From NCBI GenBank assembly GCA_035063585.1, contig JAPSGB010000009.1:1-64000 (forward strand): a stretch of 64,000 nt of DNA, read 5' to 3'. This stretch comes from Polyangiaceae bacterium. Its GTDB lineage: Bacteria; Myxococcota_A; Polyangia; Polyangiales; Polyangiaceae. Positions within the stretch are counted from its first letter, which is position 1; the number at the start of each line of letters is the position of its first letter. The notes under the pieces were generated by a model that worked only from the letters and a program-made list of their open reading frames with translations, did not search any database and was not told the origin of the DNA. Made by a program: the position numbers and the translations under genes. Below are positions 17,617 through 27,445 of this stretch, in pieces.

Positions 17617-18635
17617 GCGCGCTCGCGCTGGGCAGGCGGGTGCGGCGCATCGCAGCGGCTGGCGCCCGGGGCTGGACGGCCCTGCTCGCCCTCGCGCTCG
17701 TCGCCGCGGCGGCGCTCGCGCTGCGCCTCGGCGCGGTCGAGGTGGCCTACCTCGATCTCGTGCGCGCCGCGCTGCGCCACGACCTCGAGCTGCCCCCGGC
17801 GCTGCGCGACGTGCGGCTGCCGCGCATCGCCTGCGGGATGGCGGTCGGCGCGTCGCTCGCGGTCGCGGGCGCGGTGCTCCAGACGGCGCTCCGCAACCCG
17901 CTGGCCGACGCGAGCATCGTGGGGGTCACGGCCGGGGCCGGCGTCGCGGCCCTCGCCGCGATCCTCTTCTTCCCGCACCTGCCGCTCCTGGTGCCGCCGC
18001 TCGCCTTTGCCGGCGGCCTCGCCGCGGTGGCGCTCGTGATGGCGCTCGGCTTCCGCCACGGCGACCTGCGCAGCGGGCCCCTGCGGCTCGTGCTCTCGGG
18101 CGTCGCGGTGCAGGCGGTCGGCTTCGCGGGGATCGCGCTCCTGAGCTTCCTCTACGCCGACCGCGCGCCCGCCTTCACCGCCTTCCTGGTGGGCTCGCTG
18201 AACGGCCGCGGCTGGAACGAGGCCGCGCTCGTGGCGCTGCCGGCCGCGCTCGGGCTCGGCGCCGCAGCCCTGGCCACCCGCCCGCTCGACGTGCTGCTGC
18301 TCGACGACGCCACGGCCGGCGGCCTCGGCGTGGCGGTCCGGCGCGCGCGCTTCCTGGCCGCGGCGCTCGCGGCCTGGCTGGCGGCGGCGGCCGTGTCGGT
18401 GGCGGGCCTCGTCGGCTTCGTCGGGCTCGTCGTGCCGAACGGGCTGCGCCTGCTCGTGGGCCCGCAGCACCGGGCGCTGCTCCCGGCGAGCGCGCTCGGC
18501 GGCGCCGCGCTGGTGCTGCTCGCCGACGCCGCGGCCCGCACCGCGACCGCCCCGATCGAGCTCCCGGTCGGCGCGCTGATGGCACTGCTCGGGGGGCCCT
18601 ACTTCCTCTTCGTCCTGTGGCGGAGGCTTCCGTGA
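17613..18635 (+). CDS. FecCD/BtuC family ABC permease
   Basis: RLPR..LQ..RNPLAD..GV.AGA, GLVGFVGLVVP, ELPVG..GGPYF. Confidence 0.93.
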   Translation: MSALALGRRVRRIAAAGARGWTALLALALVAAAALALRLGAVEVAYLDLVRAALRHDLELPPALRDVRLPRIACGMAVGASLAVAGAVLQTALRNPLADASIVGVTAGAGVAALAAILFFPHLPLLVPPLAFAGGLAAVALVMALGFRHGDLRSGPLRLVLSGVAVQAVGFAGIALLSFLYADRAPAFTAFLVGSLNGRGWNEAALVALPAALGLGAAALATRPLDVLLLDDATAGGLGVAVRRARFLAAALAAWLAAAAVSVAGLVGFVGLVVPNGLRLLVGPQHRALLPASALGGAALVLLADAAARTATAPIELPVGALMALLGGPYFLFVLWRRLP

Positions 18636-19438
18636 CGGCGCCCCTGCTCGAGGGGCGGCGCCTCTTCCTGCGCCACCCGCAGGCCGAGCGCGACGCCCTG
18701 CGCGACGTCTCGCTCGCGGTCTTCCCGGGCGAGATCGTGGCGCTCGTCGGGCCGAACGGCTCGGGCAAGAGCACGCTCCTCGCGGGCCTCGCGCGCGAGC
18801 TCGTCCCGCGCAGCGGCGAGGTGCGCTTCGCCGGCCGGCGGATCGACACGCTCCCGCGCCGCCGGCTCGCGCGCCGGGTCGCCCGCCTGCCGCAGGATCC
18901 CGCCGTGCCGGAGGGGCTCAGCGTCGAGGCGCTGGTCGCGAACGGCCGCCATCCCCACGTCGGCGCGCTCGCGCCGCTCGGGCCCGGCGACCGCGCGGCC
19001 GTGCGCGCCGCGCTCCAGGCGATGGACCTCCTGGAGCTGCGCGCGCGCCCGGTCGAGACCCTCTCCGGCGGCGAGCGGCGCCGGGCCTGGCTCGCGATGG
19101 TGCTGGCCCAGGAGCCCGAGCTGCTGCTCCTCGACGAGCCCACCGCCGCGCTCGACCTGCGCCACCAGTGGGAGGTGCTCGCCATCCTGGCCCGCCTCAA
19201 CCGCGAGCGCGGGCTCACCCTCGTGGTGTCGCTCCACGACCTCGGCCAGGCGGCGGGCGTCGCCCACCGGCTCGCGATCCTGCACCGCGGGCGCCTCTAC
19301 GCCGCCGGGCCGCCCGAGCGCATCCTCAGCGAGGAGACGCTGCGCGACGTCTTCGCCGTGGACGCGCGCCTGACCAAGGAGGACGGCGCGGTCGCCGTGC
19401 GCGTGCGCGGCCCGGCGGATCCCCTGCGCAGCCTGTGA
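18632..19438 (+). CDS. Iron-chelate/heme ABC transporter ATP-binding protein
   Basis: GPNGSGKST, LSGGERRR, LLLDEPT, SLHDL. Confidence 0.94.
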   Translation: MTAPLLEGRRLFLRHPQAERDALRDVSLAVFPGEIVALVGPNGSGKSTLLAGLARELVPRSGEVRFAGRRIDTLPRRRLARRVARLPQDPAVPEGLSVEALVANGRHPHVGALAPLGPGDRAAVRAALQAMDLLELRARPVETLSGGERRRAWLAMVLAQEPELLLLDEPTAALDLRHQWEVLAILARLNRERGLTLVVSLHDLGQAAGVAHRLAILHRGRLYAAGPPERILSEETLRDVFAVDARLTKEDGAVAVRVRGPADPLRSL

Positions 19439-19450
19439 GGAGGAGCGAGC

Positions 19451-20083
19451 ATGTTCGGAGGGCCTTCCGCGAAGCCGAAGCCGATGCCGCGCGAGCTGCT
19501 CGAGTGGCAGGTGGCGCTGCGCCGCCACACGATGGAGGTGCGCCACGGCGCCCCGCACGCCGGTGCGGCGCCGCTCGTGACCGTGCGCCGGCCGGACGGC
19601 GCGGGCTTCGCGTCGAGCTCGGTGATCTGCGGGCTGCTGCCGCACCCGCGGCTCCTCGAGGCCAAGACGCGCGAGCTCCGCGCGCTCTACGAGTCCGGGA
19701 TCGCCGAGGGCGCGCGCGCCGTCTACGACCGCGGCATCCAGTACCTGCAGGGCTACTACCGCAGCGCCGACGACTTCGATCCCGAGAGCATCACCACGAT
19801 GCTCCCGAGGAAGGCGGCGCTCGTCGAGGCGCTGCGCGCAGAGCCCCGCTGCGCCCTGGTCTTCTACGTCTTCGACCTCACCGACCGCAGCGAGGTGGGG
19901 CGCCTGCGCTGCCTGCAGCTCGACGGCTCCGCCGAGGTGCTCACGAGCGGGCCCGTCTACGACAACGTCTGGTGGCACAACGCCCTCTTCCACGGCAGCG
20001 CCGACGAACAGGTCGTCGTGCACTTCCGGCACGAGGCCACCTTCGACACGCGCTTCGGCGCGATCGAGCCCGTCCCGGCCTGA
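19451..20083 (+). CDS. Uncharacterised cytoplasmic protein, possibly split-barrel (PNPOx-like) fold
   Basis: GAGGAG SD, operonic with ABC genes; PRCALVF..LQLDG.AEVL pattern and WWHN motif; fold is a guess. Confidence 0.65.
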   Translation: MFGGPSAKPKPMPRELLEWQVALRRHTMEVRHGAPHAGAAPLVTVRRPDGAGFASSSVICGLLPHPRLLEAKTRELRALYESGIAEGARAVYDRGIQYLQGYYRSADDFDPESITTMLPRKAALVEALRAEPRCALVFYVFDLTDRSEVGRLRCLQLDGSAEVLTSGPVYDNVWWHNALFHGSADEQVVVHFRHEATFDTRFGAIEPVPA

Positions 20084-20127
20084 ACGCGAACGCGCGCCCG
20101 CCATCCTCCAACGCTGGAGATCCACAC

Positions 20128-20826
20128 ATGCGATCGAGATCGGCTTCGGCGGCCGCCGCGCTGGCGGCCCTGTGCATCGCGGGGAACGCCTCCGCGCTGA
20201 CGCTTCCGTTCACCGAGGACTTCGCGGCCGACGCCGCCGGCTGGGTCGACGGGAGCAACGCGCCGCTCACCTGGAACGAGGCGGGCGGCCCCGACGGGTC
20301 GGGCCACGTCGCGACCGCGTTCCGCTACTTCGGCTTCGCGAACCCCTACGGCGGCGGGCCGGTGATCTTCCGGGCCAACGAGTCGGCCAGCGCCAGCGGC
20401 GGCGCCTTCGCCGGCGACTGGCTGGCGAGCGGCGTCGCCGAGGTGTCGGCCTGGGTGTACCAGGACACCGGCGTCCCCCTGACCTTCTACCTGCGCGTCG
20501 CGACGAACTTCAACTTCCCGGGCGCCGTCCTGAACGACGACGTGGCCGTGCCCTCGGGCGTCTGGACCCGGATCACGATCCCGATCGAGACGACCGTGCC
20601 CCCGTGCTTCGAGGAGACCGTGCCCTGCGCGCAGGCCTTCGCGGCGGTCGGCAACTTCCAGCTCGGCACGGACGCGCCCGAGGCGCTCGTCGGCCTCGAT
20701 CAGGCCTTCACGCTCGCCATCGACCAGGTGGCGCTCGTCGCCGCCCCCGAGCCCGGCTCCACGCTCGCCTTCGGGTCGGCCGGGCTCGGCCTCCTGGCGA
20801 TCGCGCGGTGGCGGCGGCCCCGCTGA
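20128..20826 (+). CDS. Secreted PEP-CTERM protein
   Basis: GGAG SD, signal peptide ending ASA, APEPGSTLAFGSAGLGLLAIARWRR. Confidence 0.82.
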   Translation: MRSRSASAAAALAALCIAGNASALTLPFTEDFAADAAGWVDGSNAPLTWNEAGGPDGSGHVATAFRYFGFANPYGGGPVIFRANESASASGGAFAGDWLASGVAEVSAWVYQDTGVPLTFYLRVATNFNFPGAVLNDDVAVPSGVWTRITIPIETTVPPCFEETVPCAQAFAAVGNFQLGTDAPEALVGLDQAFTLAIDQVALVAAPEPGSTLAFGSAGLGLLAIARWRRPR

Positions 20827-20856
20827 GCCGCGGCCCGACGCACCCCGGGCGGCGCC

Positions 20857-22281
20857 TCAATCGAGCCGGACGCGCTCGCCGTGGCGGGGCACGACGGCGC
20901 TCCAGCCGAGCTCGCCCGCGAGCACCCGGCGCAGCGCCTCGGCGGCCTCGGGCTCCCCGTGCACCGGAAAGGCGATCCGCGGTGGGGCCGGGAGCCGGCG
21001 CGCCCAGGCGAGCAGCTCCTCGCCGTCGGCGTGCACCGAGAAGCCGCCCGCGTCGACCACCTCGGCGCGCACCGGCACGTAGCGGCCGAGCAGCTTCAGC
21101 TCGCTCGCCCCCTCGAGCAGCCGCCGCCCGCGCGTGCCGGCCGCCTGGTAGCCGACCAGGACCACGCTGTTGCGCGGCTCCGGCAGGCGCCGCGCGAGGT
21201 GGTGCAGCACGCGGCCGCCCGTCGCCATGCCCGAGGCCGAGACGATGATGCAGGGGAGCGTGGAGTCGTGGATCGCCTTCGACTCCTCGACCTCGCGCGC
21301 CTCGACGAGATCGCGCGGGTCGAAGGGATCGTGGCGGCGCAGCTCGGGCCGGATCTCGGGGTCGCCGGCGACGGCCGCGCGCTCGTAGACGTGCAGCGCC
21401 GCCAGCGCCATCGGGCTGTCCACGTAGACGGGAAGGTGGGGGATGCGTCCGGCGGCCTCGAGCTGGCGCAGGGTCAGGAGCAGCACCTCGGTGCGGTCGA
21501 CCGCGAAGGCCGGGATCACCACCGCGCCGCGGCGCTCCGCCGTGCGCACGATCGCCGCCGCGAGCCGCTCCTCGGCGCCGGCCTCGTCGTGGCGGCGGCC
21601 GCCGTAGGTGGACTCGAGGAGCAGCGTGCCGCAGGGATCCGGGGGCGCGGGGGGACACAGGATCGGGTGGTGCGGCCGGCCGAGATCGCCGGAGAAGACG
21701 ACCGCGTCGGTCGCGCCGCCGTCGAAGGCCACCCGCAGCCAGGCCGAGCCCAGGATGTGCCCCGCCCGCCGGAAGGTGGCGCGCACGCCCGGGGCCACCT
21801 CCTGCTCGACGTCGAAGGGCGTGACGCGGAGCTGGCGCAGCGCGCGCGCGGCGTCCTCGCCCGTGAAGAGCGGGAGCGCCGGCTCGTGCTTCGAGAAGCC
21901 CTTGCGGTTCGCGTAGGCGGCGTCCTCTTCCTGCAGCGAGGCCGCGTCGGGCAGCAGGATCCGGCCCAGCGCTTCGGTGTTGGCGGTGCAGTGGATGGGC
22001 CCCGCGAAGCCCTGGCGCACGAGCGCCGGCAGGTAGCCCGAGTGATCGAGATGGGCATGGGTGAGGAGCACCGCGTGCAGGCTGCGCGGGTCGACCGGGA
22101 ACGGCTCCCAGTTGCGCAGGCGCAGCTCCTTCAGGCCCTGGAAGAGCCCACAGTCCACGAGCACCCGCGCGCGCGGCGTGTCGATCAGGAAGCGGCTCCC
22201 GGTCACGGTGCCGGCCGCGCCGAGGAAGCGCAGCGTCGGCGCCCGGGTGCTCGGCTTCGCGGACCCCGACCCTCGTTCCAT
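20857..22281 (-). CDS. MBL-fold beta-CASP hydrolase (probable ribonuclease)
   Basis: LGAAGTVTGS, THAHLDHSG, AGHILGS, FSGDLG, ESTYG, SASGMATGGR, FSVHAD, VHGE. Confidence 0.92.
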   Translation of the reverse strand: MERGSGSAKPSTRAPTLRFLGAAGTVTGSRFLIDTPRARVLVDCGLFQGLKELRLRNWEPFPVDPRSLHAVLLTHAHLDHSGYLPALVRQGFAGPIHCTANTEALGRILLPDAASLQEEDAAYANRKGFSKHEPALPLFTGEDAARALRQLRVTPFDVEQEVAPGVRATFRRAGHILGSAWLRVAFDGGATDAVVFSGDLGRPHHPILCPPAPPDPCGTLLLESTYGGRRHDEAGAEERLAAAIVRTAERRGAVVIPAFAVDRTEVLLLTLRQLEAAGRIPHLPVYVDSPMALAALHVYERAAVAGDPEIRPELRRHDPFDPRDLVEAREVEESKAIHDSTLPCIIVSASGMATGGRVLHHLARRLPEPRNSVVLVGYQAAGTRGRRLLEGASELKLLGRYVPVRAEVVDAGGFSVHADGEELLAWARRLPAPPRIAFPVHGEPEAAEALRRVLAGELGWSAVVPRHGERVRLD

Positions 22282-22351
22282 CCTCGCTCTCCTCCTCGTC
22301 CTCGGCCCGGCGGGCGTGGGCGTGCGGGCTCACCTAGGATCCGCCCCGACC

Positions 22352-23074
22352 ATGCGCCCCCTGCTCCTCGCCACGCTCTTCCTTGCCCTCGCTCCCGATG
22401 CCGGCGCCGTGAACCCGGTCGTGCGCTTCACGACGCCGATCGGGGCCTTCGACGTCGAGCTGTGCCAGGAGGTGTCGGCCCAGTGCGCCGGCGCGGCACC
22501 GAACACCGTCGCGCACTTCCTCGCGACCGTCGACGCCGGCGCCTATACCAACTCCTTCGTCCACCGCAGCGCGCCGAACTTCGTGATCCAGGGTGGCGCC
22601 ATCACCTGGGACGGCGTGAGCTTCGGTAACGTGTGCCCGGCGCCGTGTCCAACCATCGCCAACGAGTACAACCAGTCGAACGTCCGTGGCACCGTATCCG
22701 TCCCGCTGGCTTTGGGAAACCCCGACTCGGGCACCACCGGCTGGTTCGTCAACACCGCGAACAACAGCTTCCTCGACGCCCAGAGCTTCACCGTCTTCGG
22801 CCGGGTGATCGGCGACGGGATGACCGTGGTCGATGCGATCAACGACGCCTTCCTGCTCTACTGGGATTTCACCAATTGGCCGGACGGGACCCCGGTCACG
22901 CCCGACTACGAGTGCAACCCCGACGGGCAGGGAACCTGCACCACCGATCCCCATCCCTACCTGGTCCTCACCGAGATCACGCGCGTGCCCGAGCCCGGCG
23001 CGCTCGCGGCCGCGTGCTCGGCGGTGGCCGTGCTGGTGGGGCTCGCGCGCCGCCGCCGCGCGCTCCCCGGCTGA
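22352..23074 (+). CDS. Cyclophilin-type peptidyl-prolyl isomerase with PEP-CTERM signal
   Basis: APNTV..F..Y..SF.HR...FVIQGG, SN.RGT, WFVN..NN.FLD..FTVFGRV..GM.VVDAI; VPEPG..RRRR. Confidence 0.88.
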   Translation: MRPLLLATLFLALAPDAGAVNPVVRFTTPIGAFDVELCQEVSAQCAGAAPNTVAHFLATVDAGAYTNSFVHRSAPNFVIQGGAITWDGVSFGNVCPAPCPTIANEYNQSNVRGTVSVPLALGNPDSGTTGWFVNTANNSFLDAQSFTVFGRVIGDGMTVVDAINDAFLLYWDFTNWPDGTPVTPDYECNPDGQGTCTTDPHPYLVLTEITRVPEPGALAAACSAVAVLVGLARRRRALPG

Positions 23075-23139
23075 GCGAAGCGCGGCCCGCGAGCCGGCTG
23101 TACGCTCCCGCGATCGTCTCCCCCACGCGCGAGGACATC

Positions 23140-24336
23140 ATGGGCAGCCAGGGACTCAGCGACGAGGTGCGCGCGCTGCGCGAGCGGATGCGCAAGTTCA
23201 TCGACGGGGAGGTGATCCCCGCCGAGCCCGCGCTCGAGCGCGAGGAGCAGGAGCCCGCCGCCCGCTCCGACGGCGCGATGGCCCGGCTCAAGGCGCGCGC
23301 CAAGGAGGAGGGCCTGTGGGCGCTCGGCCATCCCGCCGAGATCGGCGGCGGCGGCCTGCCCTTCCTGGCCTTCACCTATCTCAACGAGATCATCGGCCGC
23401 TCGCACTGGGGCCAGGCGGCGGTCGGCTCGCTCTCCATGCAGGACTCGATCATGCTCCACCGCTTCGGCACCGCGGAGCAGAAGACGCGCTGGCTCGAGC
23501 CGCTCGTGGCGGGCGAGATCTACCCCTCGGTGGGGCTCACCGAGCCGGAGGTCGCCGGCTCGGATCCGACCCTCATGCAGTCGCAGGCGCGGCTCGAGGG
23601 CGGCGAGTGGGTGATCGACGCCCACAAGTGGTTCACGAGCGGCGCGAACCACGCCGCCTTCACGACCGTCTTCTGCCAGACGGAGCCCGACGCGGTCGAC
23701 CGCTGGTCGCGCTTCTCCGCGATCCTGGTCCCGACCGGCACGCCCGGCTACGAGATCGTGCGCGTGGTGCCGACCATGGGCCACACGGGCGGGGCGCACT
23801 GCGAGATCCGCCTCACGGGCGTGCGGGTGCCGGAGGCGAACCTGCTCGGCCAGCGCGGCCAGGGCTTCCACATCGCGCAGAAGCGGCTCGGCCCGGGCCG
23901 CATCTTCCACTGCATGCGCTGGCTCGGCCAGGCGCAGCGCGCCTTCGAGCTCCTGTGCAAGCGCGCCAGCGAGCGCTACGCGCACGGCTCGCTCCTCGCC
24001 GAGAAGGGCGAGATCCAGCGCTACGTGGCCGAGTCGGCGGCCGAGATCCAGGCGGCGCGCCTCATGACCCTCGACGCCGCCCGGGCGCTGGACCAGGGCG
24101 GCGACGCACGCATCGAGATCTCGCTCATCAAGTTCTGGGGCGCGCGCGTGCTCCACGACGTCGTGGACCGCGCGATCCAGGTGCACGGCGCGCTCGGCGT
24201 CACGAGCGACACCCCCCTCGAGCGCATGTACCGCGAGGCGCGCTACGCCCGCATCTACGACGGGCCCGACGAGGTGCACCGGATGGTCGTCGCCCGCCGG
24301 CTCCTGAAGGACCCGGGCGCGGCGCCCTGGACGTAG
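23140..24336 (+). CDS. Acyl-CoA dehydrogenase
   Basis: LTEPEVAGSD, KWFTSGA, RLGPGRIFHC, AIQVHGA.G, RIYDGPDEVH. Confidence 0.93.
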   Translation: MGSQGLSDEVRALRERMRKFIDGEVIPAEPALEREEQEPAARSDGAMARLKARAKEEGLWALGHPAEIGGGGLPFLAFTYLNEIIGRSHWGQAAVGSLSMQDSIMLHRFGTAEQKTRWLEPLVAGEIYPSVGLTEPEVAGSDPTLMQSQARLEGGEWVIDAHKWFTSGANHAAFTTVFCQTEPDAVDRWSRFSAILVPTGTPGYEIVRVVPTMGHTGGAHCEIRLTGVRVPEANLLGQRGQGFHIAQKRLGPGRIFHCMRWLGQAQRAFELLCKRASERYAHGSLLAEKGEIQRYVAESAAEIQAARLMTLDAARALDQGGDARIEISLIKFWGARVLHDVVDRAIQVHGALGVTSDTPLERMYREARYARIYDGPDEVHRMVVARRLLKDPGAAPWT

Positions 24337-24372
24337 GAGGGGCGCGCCCGGCCGCGCGTCCGGCCGCGCGGC

Positions 24373-25317
24373 TCAGCGCGGCAGGGACGGCGGCGGCCCG
24401 GCGCCGGGCTCGCGGCGCAGCATGCCGGTCGCGAGCGCGATCACGCTGCCGATGTCGCTCAGGTTCGCGGGCACGACGAAGGTGTTGCCGGTCTTCGCGA
24501 GCTGGCCGAACTGCTCGACCCACTGCTCGGCGATGCGCAGCTGCATGGCGTCGCGGCCACCCTCGGCGCGCAGCGCGTCGGCCACCTGGCGCAGGCCCTC
24601 GGCGGTGGCGGTCGCCACGGCCAGGATCGCCTCGGCCTGGCCGCGCGCCTCGTTGATCTGCTGGGTCTGGGTGGCCTCGGACTCCTTGATGACGCGCTGC
24701 TTCTCGCCCTCGGCCTGGTTGATCTTGGCGTCGCGCTCGCCCTCGGAGGCCAGGATCACCGCGCGCTTCTCGCGCTCGGCGCGCATCTGCTTCTCCATCG
24801 CCGAGAGCACGTCCGCGGGCGGGTTGATGTTCTTGATCTCGTAGCGCAGCACCTTGACACCCCAGGGCTCGGAGGCCTTGTCGAGCTCGCTCACCACCGC
24901 GGCGTTGATCGTGGCGCGCTCCTCGAAGGTGCGGTCGAGGTCGATCTTGCCCATCTCGCTGCGCAGGGTCGTCTGCGCGAGCTGCGCGATCGCGAACACG
25001 TAGTCGGTGACGCCGTAGGAGGCGAGGTCGGGGTGCATGATCTTCAGGTAGAGCACGCCGTCCACCCCCACCTGCACGTTGTCCTTCGTGATGCAGACCT
25101 GCTCGGGGATGTCGATCGCGATCTCCTTCAGCGAGTGCCGGTAGGCCACCCGCTCGACGAAGGGGACCAGGATGTGGAAGCCGGCCTGGATGGTGCGGCT
25201 GTACTTGCCGAGGTTCTCGACCACGTAGGCGCTCTGCTGCGGCACCACCACGGCGGTGCGCGCGATCACGAACAGGATCAGGGCCACGATCACGACGACG
25301 ACGACCAGGGTCTCCAT
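24373..25317 (-). CDS. SPFH/stomatin-like protein
   Basis: N-terminal TM, ITKDNV, LRSEMGK, WGVKVLRYEIK, QMRAEREKRA. Confidence 0.93.
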   Translation of the reverse strand: METLVVVVVIVALILFVIARTAVVVPQQSAYVVENLGKYSRTIQAGFHILVPFVERVAYRHSLKEIAIDIPEQVCITKDNVQVGVDGVLYLKIMHPDLASYGVTDYVFAIAQLAQTTLRSEMGKIDLDRTFEERATINAAVVSELDKASEPWGVKVLRYEIKNINPPADVLSAMEKQMRAEREKRAVILASEGERDAKINQAEGEKQRVIKESEATQTQQINEARGQAEAILAVATATAEGLRQVADALRAEGGRDAMQLRIAEQWVEQFGQLAKTGNTFVVPANLSDIGSVIALATGMLRREPGAGPPPSLPR

Positions 25318-25333
25318 TCCACCTCCCTCGGGT

Positions 25334-25771
25334 TCAGGCTTCGCGCCGGACGTGGAGCATCAAGCCCTCGACCCGCTCGACGCGCACGCGCGCGCCCGGC
25401 TCGATCGGCGCGTCCTCGAGGTTGCGCGCGCTCCAGGTCGAGCCGCGCAGCTCGACCCGCCCGATCGCGCCGGGCGCGAGCGGCTCGAGGGCGTGGCCGG
25501 CCGCGCCCTCGAGCGGCGCGTCGAGCCGCGCGTCGGAGGGGCGGGAGGGGAAGCGCGCCCGCACGAGCCGCCGGAACCACAGCACCGACACCAGCGCGAA
25601 GGCGCCGAAGAGCGCCCACTGGGAGGTGTCGGAGAGCCCGGGCGCGGCGCTCGCGACGAGCCCCACCGCGATCGCCGCCAGGCCGATGAACACCAGCCAG
25701 AAGTCGGTCTGCACCAGGATCTCGGCGCCGAGCAGCAGCGCGCCGAGCACGATCCAGCCCCACCACGGCAT
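25334..25771 (-). CDS. NfeD family protein
   Basis: WW.W..LG..L..AE, GRVELRGSTWSA; canonical partner of SPFH gene. Confidence 0.9.
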   Translation of the reverse strand: MPWWGWIVLGALLLGAEILVQTDFWLVFIGLAAIAVGLVASAAPGLSDTSQWALFGAFALVSVLWFRRLVRARFPSRPSDARLDAPLEGAAGHALEPLAPGAIGRVELRGSTWSARNLEDAPIEPGARVRVERVEGLMLHVRREA

Positions 25772-25791
25772 CGCGCCCCCTCGCCCTCGTT

Positions 25792-25899
25792 CCGAGCCCG
25801 TGCCCCGAGCCCGTGCCCCCGGGCCCGTGCCCCGGGCTGTTGCCCCGAGCTCTTGCCTCGAGCTCTTGCCCCGGGCCGTTGCCCCGGGCTGCTCTTGCG
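25792..25899. repeat. Degenerate ~12-bp intergenic tandem repeat
   Basis: About 8 units of GCCCCG(A/G)GC(C/T)(C/G)(G/T)T between nfeD and lysA. Confidence 0.7.
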
Positions 25900-26078
25900 C
25901 GCCCGCGCCACCCGGGTCCGATCCGGGTCCGGCTCACGGCCGCGCAGCGTAGCCCAGGCGAGGGGCCGGCCGCGGACTGCGACCAGCACCGCCACCCCGG
26001 CGAGCCCCGGCTCCGGAGACAGGCGGCCGGCCCCGATGTTCCGGCGGGCTTCGCGGCGCCGGGTTAGCCTCCCGCGCC

Positions 26079-27338
26079 ATGACCGGGCCCGTGCTGCCGC
26101 CGCTGCTCGAGCGCATCGCGGGCGTCCGCGTGTGCGACCTCGCCCGCGACTTCGGGACCCCGACCTACGTCTACGACGCCGAGGGCATCGCCGAGCGGGT
26201 CTCGCGGCTGCGCGCCTTCGACGTGGTCCGCTACGCGCAGAAGGCCAACTCGAACCTCGCCGTGCTCGACCGCGTGCGGCGCGCGGGCGCGCTCGTGGAC
26301 GCCGTCTCCGCGGGCGAGGTCCATCGCGCGCTCGCGGCCGGCTGGCCCGCCAGCGGCGACCCGCCCCCGATCGTCTACACCGCCGACGTCTTCGACCGCG
26401 ACGCCCTCGAGCTCGTCGTCGAGCGCGGGATCGCCGTCAACTGCGGCTCGGCCGACATGATCGACCAGTACGCCGGGCGCGGCGGGCGCGGCGAGCTGAC
26501 CCTGCGCGTGAACCCGGGCTTCGGCCACGGCCACAGCCGCAAGACCAACACCGGCGGGCCCCACTCGAAGCACGGGATCTGGCACGAGGAGCTGGAGGCA
26601 GCCCTCGCGCGGGCGGAGGGGCACGGGCTCGCCGTCACCGGCCTGCACCTGCACATCGGCTCGGGCGTCGACATGCGCCACCTGGCGCAGGTGGCCGAGG
26701 CCGCCTGTGAGCTCGGGCGCCGGATCGGCCCGCGCCTGCACTCGCTGAGCGCCGGCGGCGGGCTCCCGACCCGCTACCGCGACGACGACCCCGAGGTGGA
26801 CGTCGAGGCCTACTTCGCGGTCTGGGACGCCGTACGCGCGCGCCTCGAGCGCGGGCTCGGCCATCCCGTGCGGCTCGAGATCGAGCCGGGCCGCTATCTC
26901 GTGGCGGAGAGCGGCTGGCTCGTGAGCGAGGTGCGCGCCGTGAAGCGCACCGCCGAGCACACCTTCGTGCTGGTCGACGCGGGCTTCCACACGCTCGCGC
27001 GTCCCGTCCTGTATGGCGCCTATCACCCGATGGCGCTGGTGCCCGCCGGCGGCGGCGAGCGCCCGCTGCGCGAGGTGGTGGTGGCGGGCCCCCTGTGCGA
27101 ATCGGGCGACGTGTTCACCCAGGACGAGGGCGGGCTCGTCCGCACCCAGGCCCTTCCCGAGGCGCGCGTCGGCGACCTGCTCGTGATCGGCGGCGCGGGC
27201 GCCTACGGCGCGGTGATGGCGTCGGGCTACAACTCGAAGCCGCTCCCGGCCGAGGTGCTGATCGCGGGCGGGAAGGCGCACCTCGTACGGGCCCGCCAGC
27301 GCCTCGAGGACCTCGTGCGGGGCGAGACGATTCCGTAG
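26079..27338 (+). CDS. lysA: Diaminopimelate decarboxylase
   Basis: YAQKANSN, DAVSAGE, HLHIGSG, GGG, EPGRYL, GPLCESGD, GAYG..M.S.YNS. Confidence 0.95.
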   Translation: MTGPVLPPLLERIAGVRVCDLARDFGTPTYVYDAEGIAERVSRLRAFDVVRYAQKANSNLAVLDRVRRAGALVDAVSAGEVHRALAAGWPASGDPPPIVYTADVFDRDALELVVERGIAVNCGSADMIDQYAGRGGRGELTLRVNPGFGHGHSRKTNTGGPHSKHGIWHEELEAALARAEGHGLAVTGLHLHIGSGVDMRHLAQVAEAACELGRRIGPRLHSLSAGGGLPTRYRDDDPEVDVEAYFAVWDAVRARLERGLGHPVRLEIEPGRYLVAESGWLVSEVRAVKRTAEHTFVLVDAGFHTLARPVLYGAYHPMALVPAGGGERPLREVVVAGPLCESGDVFTQDEGGLVRTQALPEARVGDLLVIGGAGAYGAVMASGYNSKPLPAEVLIAGGKAHLVRARQRLEDLVRGETIP

Positions 27339-27445
27339 CGGTCCGCCGCCCCGCGGGAAGCTGTGGGAAAGCGGCCGGGAGGCGTGGCAACCGCCCGCCT
27401 CAAGTCGCCGCGCCAACGGGCCGACCCGGGCCGGGGAAACACCCG

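Noticed and set aside
20857..22281. MBL-fold nuclease as an anti-phage system
   Set aside because: Matches the common stand-alone beta-CASP family and has no defence-type partner genes
25792..25899. Possible CRISPR array
   Set aside because: Units are short, degenerate and contiguous, with no unique spacers and no cas genes
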